A stretch of 64,000 bases of DNA, taken from IMG/VR virus record IMGVR_UViG_3300042503_000209, positions 32,001 through 96,000 of that record, one strand, 5' to 3'. The notes under the pieces were generated by a model that was not told the DNA's origin, did no database searches, and saw only the letters and a list, made by a program, of their open reading frames with translations. Shown here piece after piece: positions 57,854-64,000 of the stretch (positions within the stretch are counted from its first letter, which is position 1; the number at the start of each line of letters is the position of its first letter). Position numbers and translations under genes: made by a program. Source of the stretch: a virus.

Positions 57854-59089
57854 CTATGTTAGTGTTGCAGTTACTGATGAAATAATTGGACAAGGTACAG
57901 CAACTGTAAATGTAGCTGTCTTAGAACAACTGTTACCGTTCTTAGTAAGACATCCTTCTACAGTAATTGTATATGCTTGTGAAGTATTAAGTGCAGCTCC
58001 AGAAACAGTGTATGTAATACCATCAGTATCTGTAACAGCTGTTACAAGATTTACAAAATCAGTATATGTTTTACCTGAAGCATCTTTAATAGTGATTTTA
58101 GATCCTTGAGCTGTACAGTTAGTAAATCCAGAAGGAATTACAGTACCACCACCATTAAAAAATACAGTAACTTGAGTACGGTCTTGATTAGTTGCTGCAC
58201 TAAATCCAAGAAGAAATGCAGAACAATCTGTAGCACCAACTGAAGTTTTAAGATCAAAAATTGTTTGACGCATATCACATAATACAACCCAAAGGTTTTG
58301 AACTGCAGAAGCAACTGTAGTAGAAGCAGCGTTCCATCCAGGTAGGCTACTAATAGTTCCTGTAGTACTTAAAGCACTAGATGCTCCAAGTCCTTGACAC
58401 TGCTGAGCAATAGCTGTTGTTAACGCAGTGTTTGTTCCTAATACACCTCTTAATGTACAATACTGAGCTTCTAGTTCATCAAGAACTAAATTCATAGCTG
58501 TAGGTGTACCAGGAGTTAAAATACAATTAGGAGTTACTAAAGGAAGAGTTGTTGTAGGTCTATTTTCTAAAGCAGTAATTCTAGTATTATGAGAAGCAAT
58601 AGTAGTAGCATGACTATCTACGGTAGCTTTTAAAGTACAAAACTGATTACCAAGTCTTAAAGTGTATTGATTATGAATCAAACTAGTAACAGGTTGACCT
58701 GTTGTTGGATCATTATATTGTAAACAAGTAGGTAAAGCTATATTAGGTTCTGTAAAAGAAGAACCACCACCACTAGGTAAAGCATCTACTTTTGCATTAA
58801 GACAACATACTTTATCAATAATGAAATCCAATACTGCTGACAGGGTCTTAGTAGTTGGAGCAGGATTTACGGACGAGCAAAAAGATACGAGACATGCTAG
58901 GTCCAGATTAGTTAAATCTAAAGATGTCTTAATCGTACAAAGGTCCGTTGCTACCTTGTATACTACACTCGATATAGTGTCACCGTTGCAGAGGTTAATA
59001 CATGACAAGTCTGGACCTTGCCATATGACACAGTTTGAAGATACTGGGGAACAGCCCTGATCAGCAGTATTAGATTTCGTAGGTAACAT
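57854..59089 (-). CDS. Cys-rich tail fibre/spike-associated protein
   Basis: SSNCVIWQGPDL.CI.LC.GD N-terminus; coiled segment HNTRITALEN. Confidence 0.6.
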   Translation of the reverse strand: MLPTKSNTADQGCSPVSSNCVIWQGPDLSCINLCNGDTISSVVYKVATDLCTIKTSLDLTNLDLACLVSFCSSVNPAPTTKTLSAVLDFIIDKVCCLNAKVDALPSGGGSSFTEPNIALPTCLQYNDPTTGQPVTSLIHNQYTLRLGNQFCTLKATVDSHATTIASHNTRITALENRPTTTLPLVTPNCILTPGTPTAMNLVLDELEAQYCTLRGVLGTNTALTTAIAQQCQGLGASSALSTTGTISSLPGWNAASTTVASAVQNLWVVLCDMRQTIFDLKTSVGATDCSAFLLGFSAATNQDRTQVTVFFNGGGTVIPSGFTNCTAQGSKITIKDASGKTYTDFVNLVTAVTDTDGITYTVSGAALNTSQAYTITVEGCLTKNGNSCSKTATFTVAVPCPIISSVTATLT

Positions 59090-59113
59090 AATGTATTGGA
59101 TATCAAAGAGTTA

Positions 59114-59620
59114 TTAACAATCAACCACGTTGGCTGCACCAAACAGACCTTCTAGTTTCATTTTTAAATGACCGTAACCAAACTCAAATACATCTACACC
59201 TTCAGCAGAAGTTAGATCAGGAACAGTCTTAGTGATTGTTTCTTCTACATCTTGCTCTTGCATTTCTGTACGAGTTCTAGTAACCGTATTAGTTGTAGGA
59301 TTACCGTCAGAATCCAAAGGACCAGCAACTTCTTCTTCAAACTCTACTTGTACAGGAACCATACGCTTTACCGTAATGGTTTCTTCTACTTGTTTAGTTA
59401 AAGCTACATACAAACTCTCACCAATTTGTTGGTTACGAGCTACACCGCCACCCATTCCTGGGTAAGAAGTAGGAGGTGTTGCATCCTCTTGACTTTGGAA
59501 AAGTTCAATTCTGAAGTTAGCAGACCCATATTTAGAGATCTGATAATCAGCAATTCTTACATAAGCCTCAGATGTAATACCTTTATCGGTTCCAATCTGG
59601 GTAGTAATTTTAAGTGCCAT
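59114..59620 (-). CDS. hypothetical virion-associated protein (168 aa)
   Basis: ORF in the tail block with its own putative promoter. Confidence 0.65.
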   Translation of the reverse strand: MALKITTQIGTDKGITSEAYVRIADYQISKYGSANFRIELFQSQEDATPPTSYPGMGGGVARNQQIGESLYVALTKQVEETITVKRMVPVQVEFEEEVAGPLDSDGNPTTNTVTRTRTEMQEQDVEETITKTVPDLTSAEGVDVFEFGYGHLKMKLEGLFGAANVVDC

Positions 59621-59648
59621 ATTATTTATGTTTAGATTTTAAGTAGTC

Positions 59649-59664
59649 TACAATATAATATACA
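59649..59664 (-). promoter_or_regulatory. third copy of the putative late promoter core
   Basis: Minus strand TGTATATTATATTGTA upstream of the 168-aa gene. Confidence 0.45.
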
Positions 59665-59683
59665 TTATTTTTGTGGAAATAAC

Positions 59684-59715
59684 AAAAAAAACCACCCCAG
59701 ATGGGATGGTCTTTT
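59684..59715 (-). terminator. rho-independent terminator
   Basis: Minus strand ACCATCCCA-TC-TGGGGTGGT hairpin followed by a long T run. Confidence 0.65.
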
Positions 59716-59738
59716 CTATATATAAAGAGGGGCAGGAG

Positions 59739-60251
59739 TTAGTTCAAAGGAACCACCTTAGTTTCTTCAACCTTAATAAGCTTAAAGAAGGTTCCGTAGT
59801 TCTCAGAGGTTTCCACTTTTTCAAAGTCCTCAAGAGTAAAAGCTTTATACTCCAACTCTTTCTCTGTTTGAAGCAAGTCGTTAAACTCTTTCTCAAATAA
59901 TTGAAAGTCAGGGTTAATAACTTTCTTAGTAAACCAGTTACCATCCTTATCTACGTCTTTCATAGGTTGACCTTCTGAGTCAAGCTCTTCAATAACCATA
60001 GGGATAGAAATACCACCCTTTTCATCTTCCTTACCGTACTTCTTGATAAGGTCATTCTTTAGTTCTTCGACAGCAGCCTTTTCAGCAGCCACCTTCTTAC
60101 CTAGTTCTGTTAACCAGTACTTAGTAACTAAAGACAGTTTTTCCTGGATAAGACCAGAAGCAATTTTTTCACCAGTTTGCTGGTTGGTTAAACCGTTAAG
60201 TTCTGCATCTAGATTGTAGAACTCAAACAGTTTCAAAGAAATTTTTTCCAT
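59739..60251 (-). CDS. acidic helical protein, possible tail-fibre assembly chaperone
   Basis: KYWL..L.K....E......LIKKYG...F..E...LL..E.E pattern (DUF1617-like). Confidence 0.5.
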   Translation of the reverse strand: MEKISLKLFEFYNLDAELNGLTNQQTGEKIASGLIQEKLSLVTKYWLTELGKKVAAEKAAVEELKNDLIKKYGKEDEKGGISIPMVIEELDSEGQPMKDVDKDGNWFTKKVINPDFQLFEKEFNDLLQTEKELEYKAFTLEDFEKVETSENYGTFFKLIKVEETKVVPLN

Positions 60252-60339
60252 GTGTTTTTAAATTTTTAGATTAATCTGTTACGAATATACAAAGATATGC
60301 AATTGTTAGACCAAATTAGTTATCCACAAATGTGAATGA

Positions 60340-60567
60340 CTATATGACAGACAATGCTGCTAACACTTCTGACTTAGCAGTATTAAACACTTCTTCTGTA
60401 GTAAGAGGCCATTCTTCAGCACCAGCTACATATCTTGTATAGTACTCTTCATTAGTCATAAACCCTAAAATTTTTTCAGTAGGTTTGTTTACAACATTAG
60501 TAATTGTTTTAGCATCCGTATCAATTCTAACTGGAATCGAATCTGGTCTTAGTTTGTAAATTATCAT
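60340..60567 (-). CDS. hypothetical protein (75 aa)
   Basis: ORF in the tail block. Confidence 0.6.
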   Translation of the reverse strand: MIIYKLRPDSIPVRIDTDAKTITNVVNKPTEKILGFMTNEEYYTRYVAGAEEWPLTTEEVFNTAKSEVLAALSVI

Positions 60568-60584
60568 ATTATTTTATTTATTAA

Positions 60585-61052
60585 TTAACAAGGTACAATA
60601 TCACTATAAGCAACATTAGGAAAATAGTTTTGACTACCACTACTTGTTGGAAAGATAGACCAAAATTCATTTTGTCTAACTTCTCCTATACAGTTAACAC
60701 CTCCTCCTGAGTATACTGATGCACTACCGCAAGCAGTTCCAGAAGGTATAGTTACACTACCTGTAAAAAATCCACCTAAATCACCATACCAGTTTATACC
60801 AACGTTTACATTTGTATTTACAACCTGTGATGATGTTGCTGCAAAAGTATAATAATTATAACAACCAACATAAGCTGGAAGATATACATCAATGTTTACA
60901 GTAACTGATGCACTATATCCATAGAACTCACTCATAGCATCTGGTGTAGATTTACCAGCTAATCCTGAAAGGTTTCTAAGACTTCCATCACTTGTTCCAA
61001 GTTCTGTTCTAATTTGACTGATGCTTATAGCACCTGATGATGGTAATGGCAT
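60585..61052 (-). CDS. putative tail-fibre tip adhesin
   Basis: MPLPSSGAISISQIRTELG...MSEFYG N-terminal module usually found downstream of S74-chaperone fibres. Confidence 0.6.
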   Translation of the reverse strand: MPLPSSGAISISQIRTELGTSDGSLRNLSGLAGKSTPDAMSEFYGYSASVTVNIDVYLPAYVGCYNYYTFAATSSQVVNTNVNVGINWYGDLGGFFTGSVTIPSGTACGSASVYSGGGVNCIGEVRQNEFWSIFPTSSGSQNYFPNVAYSDIVPC

Positions 61053-61055
61053 ATG

Positions 61056-64000
61056 TTATTTATTTTTTAGTTCTTTGATTTCTTTCTTTAACTCTTCTAT
61101 CTGAGATTGCTGCTCTTTAATACCTTCTATTAACAAAGGTACAATACGATCATATTTTACAGTAAGATAATTTTCTCCAGTCTTAGATATTACTTCTCCT
61201 GTCTCAGCTATACCCTGCATATCAAATGGAGCTAACGAAACTGCTTGAGGTAGTACGGCTTGAATCTGTTGTGCAGAAACCCCAGCTTGTTCTTTTTGAT
61301 TAGTATATCCAAGACTACGTGCTAAATCATTTTCTACGTATACAAAACCTTCTAATGATTTAATTTTTTCTATAGCATCTGTAATAGTATTTATCTTAGT
61401 TTTTAATCTTTCATCAGAATAGTATGCTGTAATATCTCCAGAAGCTAATATATTACCATTTCCAAACTCACCTCCGCTAGATTGAAATCCAACTAATGAA
61501 GAACCATTTATTATTTGATGATGCCAAGTTGCTGAGTTACTAAAGTTCCATAATGCACCATATGATTCAGATAATCTAGCCCCAGTACTATTACTAGTAG
61601 AAGCTCCTGATCCAGTTAATGCTAAAACACCACCAAAGTTTAGTCCATTAACAGTTGCATTGTTAGATAATGTACCGGCACTACCTGCACTTCCTGTAAT
61701 ATTTATACCCCACGTTCCTGAAGCATTGCCACCAGTTAATGTAGGAGAATATGAGTTATAATTACTTGAATGTAAAGATTGAACAAGACTAAAATCTACT
61801 TGTTTATCTGTAGTAGGTTGAGAACTATTTGTTATACTTGTTACTTTATTAATTACTCTACCTGCATAAGCTGTATAAACTTTAATATTAAAACCTTCCC
61901 AATAACCACCAGTAGGCCACCAAAAAGCTAAGTTTCCACCAACTCTTATAGCTCTTACACTTATTGGTTTACCGTTAGATAAACCAGCAGTTGCTATAAT
62001 AGTACCACCATATATATACCCTTGAATTTGTATATCAATCAACATTTGATTAAAATAGGAATTACCACGTATTTCTAATACAAAAGGATCACCATACTCC
62101 CCGTATACTATACTAGTTTGAACAAGAGTACCATTTGGAAAATCTCTATTACTATGTAAAAAATCAGTAGATGAGTCTGTTGCAGAACCTGCAATATTAA
62201 TACTCCAAGTACCATCGGCTATACCACGAATAGAGTTTTTAACATGAGCTAATGTAGATTTTCTAGACCACCCATCACCATTAGAAGTAATAAAGCTACT
62301 AATAGTAGGATTTTCTGTTTCAGTTGTATTAAAATTAATATGATTAGCATAAATATAACCATTAGCATCACGTTGTACAATATGACTACCATTAACACCT
62401 GTTGTTATATTTCCTGCTGCTACACTGCTTCCTGATATAGCTCCAGTATTTGATAATGTAATTACTGGTGTACCGCCTCTATTTGCAGAAAATATTCTTA
62501 CACCAGCACTAAATCTCATTGAACAATAAGCATCATTAAGATCTACTATGTCTCCATCATCTGCTAATATAATACCACCTCCTGTAGCATTTCCAGATGA
62601 TACAGTCAAATTACCAGTTAAAGTTAATGATGTTGCTGATGATGTAATATAACCTGGGCCGTTACTTAATTGGTTTAAATTAGTTAGATTGCCCGCATGC
62701 CAAATAGCATAGTCAGTATCTCCTCCATTTGCTTTTACATAAGTAAACCAAGATAAATATAAAGTACCTTGACCGTATACCCCTAATGTGTTAACATAAA
62801 GTTCAGCCCAAGCTGATAGTGAATTATTGTGTCCAAATACACCAGGTCTACCTGTATAGTTTCCAAGAAAAGATGACTTATCAGCACTAGCATTAAATGA
62901 ACCTATCCTACCTCTCCATGCTGTAGAAGTACCATCATGCTGAACTTTTAAAGCTGAGTCAATACCATTTATTGTTATAGCGGTACTTGTACTTGCACCT
63001 CTACCAGTTACTGAGGAAAGTGTATCAGTTTCTGTGTATCCAGTTATATAACCGCTTGGATTTGTACTATTGTATGGTATATATCCTAAAGCATTAGTTA
63101 CTTGTGTAGATGTAATACTAGTAAGATATCCTGGACCATTTGTAAGCTGGTTCAAATTAGTCAAGTTTCCTGCATGATATACTGTATTACCACCAACAGA
63201 TAAAACACCACCAAAACTAATAGCCATTACTGAACTATTGTTTATTCTCCATTCATAAGTAGTACCGTTAGTTTTAGCAGCAGGTGTACCAATAATAGTA
63301 TTATATTCTGAATCCCACGATCCTACGTTTTGTACAAGTCTTGCACCACCTTGAAACCAAAGTTCATCAGAATGCACTCCAGGTCCTTGAAAATCATTAA
63401 AAACTCCAATAGTCATTCTAATGTCCTCAGTAGTTGGAGCACCATTTGTATTAGCAGAATCATCCTGCATTAATATCCAACCATAATCTGAAGTTTGGTT
63501 AACCTTGGACTCAAATTTCATCATGGTGTAACCACCAGATGTAGTTGGTCTAAAGTGAGCTACAATACCATCTTGTTCATTTACAGTATCAAGTCTAATA
63601 TATCTTCCATCATGGTTATGAGATGGCAAAGAAGTTAAATATGTATTATTATCATAAGATACAGTTGTACCTGAAACTTTTACAAACCCTGTTCCATTTA
63701 ATGTTGTACCAGAACTAATTGCTACACCATTAACTCTAAATGTTCCTGTAATATTTACATCACCAGCAACTTGTAATAAACCAGCTCCTGTAATAGCTGT
63801 TGAAGATCCTACTAGTACAACACCACCTGCTGGCTGAAGTCTTAATGTACCAGAAGCAATAGATGTACCATAATATGTTTGCCACTGACCAAATGCTGTA
63901 GCAGTATTACCACCAGCTACTAGTTGAACAAATCCATTATTACCACCTGTTGCAGGATTAGAATCTATTAATATTAACTGTGCAGGTACACCTGAAGTAT
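61056..64000 (-). CDS. tail fibre with C-terminal peptidase S74 intramolecular chaperone; 5' end lies beyond the window
   Basis: GDITAYYSDERLK...GVSAQ...V.Y..IVPLLIEGIKE; frame read manually stays open from 63629 to the window edge; internal repeats. Confidence 0.85.
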   Translation of the reverse strand, partial: TSGVPAQLILIDSNPATGGNNGFVQLVAGGNTATAFGQWQTYYGTSIASGTLRLQPAGGVVLVGSSTAITGAGLLQVAGDVNITGTFRVNGVAISSGTTLNGTGFVKVSGTTVSYDNNTYLTSLPSHNHDGRYIRLDTVNEQDGIVAHFRPTTSGGYTMMKFESKVNQTSDYGWILMQDDSANTNGAPTTEDIRMTIGVFNDFQGPGVHSDELWFQGGARLVQNVGSWDSEYNTIIGTPAAKTNGTTYEWRINNSSVMAISFGGVLSVGGNTVYHAGNLTNLNQLTNGPGYLTSITSTQVTNALGYIPYNSTNPSGYITGYTETDTLSSVTGRGASTSTAITINGIDSALKVQHDGTSTAWRGRIGSFNASADKSSFLGNYTGRPGVFGHNNSLSAWAELYVNTLGVYGQGTLYLSWFTYVKANGGDTDYAIWHAGNLTNLNQLSNGPGYITSSATSLTLTGNLTVSSGNATGGGIILADDGDIVDLNDAYCSMRFSAGVRIFSANRGGTPVITLSNTGAISGSSVAAGNITTGVNGSHIVQRDANGYIYANHINFNTTETENPTISSFITSNGDGWSRKSTLAHVKNSIRGIADGTWSINIAGSATDSSTDFLHSNRDFPNGTLVQTSIVYGEYGDPFVLEIRGNSYFNQMLIDIQIQGYIYGGTIIATAGLSNGKPISVRAIRVGGNLAFWWPTGGYWEGFNIKVYTAYAGRVINKVTSITNSSQPTTDKQVDFSLVQSLHSSNYNSYSPTLTGGNASGTWGINITGSAGSAGTLSNNATVNGLNFGGVLALTGSGASTSNSTGARLSESYGALWNFSNSATWHHQIINGSSLVGFQSSGGEFGNGNILASGDITAYYSDERLKTKINTITDAIEKIKSLEGFVYVENDLARSLGYTNQKEQAGVSAQQIQAVLPQAVSLAPFDMQGIAETGEVISKTGENYLTVKYDRIVPLLIEGIKEQQSQIEELKKEIKELKNK

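Noticed and set aside
1897-59944. Short antisense or off-frame ORFs in the track (e.g. 1897-2085, 6344-6709, 10757-10963, 18348-18626, 28593-28976, 37818-38108, 59673-59900)
   Set aside because: They lie almost wholly inside well-supported genes, lack motifs and read as shadow ORFs
63627-63629. Start codon of the tail fibre at 63629
   Set aside because: It is an internal Leu codon; the frame stays open to the window edge
1-64000. Stop-codon reassignment (TAG/TGA) as in some crAss-like phages
   Set aside because: Very long ORFs are intact under code 11, and TAG and TGA terminate genes at natural boundaries (e.g. 11072, 11863, 8134)

Overview
This is a 64-kb segment of an AT-rich, crAss-like (Crassvirales-related) phage of a Bacteroidota host, read in the standard genetic code. 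Family names are from motif recognition, not database searches. The + strand block (1-11824) covers replication and nucleotide metabolism: a nuclease fragment, family B DNA polymerase, dNMP kinase, a spore-photoproduct-lyase-like radical SAM enzyme, a metallophosphoesterase, a class Id-type ribonucleotide reductase, a MazG-like protein and a cyclic-phosphate receiver-like protein. It converges at a bidirectional terminator (~11828-11858) on a - strand virion block. That block holds tail fibre/adhesin and FN3-like proteins, IHF-like, ring and tail stabilization proteins, and giant cargo proteins including a 4545-aa virion RNA polymerase polyprotein (DFDID motif). The most unusual element is a run of four genes (33945-45514) built as strings of unrelated modules. 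The modules include peptidoglycan hydrolases, a zincin, a Zn ribbon and basic DUF5872/DUF5754-like modules, and they are punctuated by about 25-30 copies of a short [M/F/Y/K]-x-x-G-G linker. This suggests a protease-processed 'double-glycine polyprotein' virion cargo system, which is inference. A conserved putative late-promoter architecture (core plus two AAAY-N7-GTTT palindromes) occurs twice. No tRNAs, CRISPR arrays, integrase or introns were recognised.
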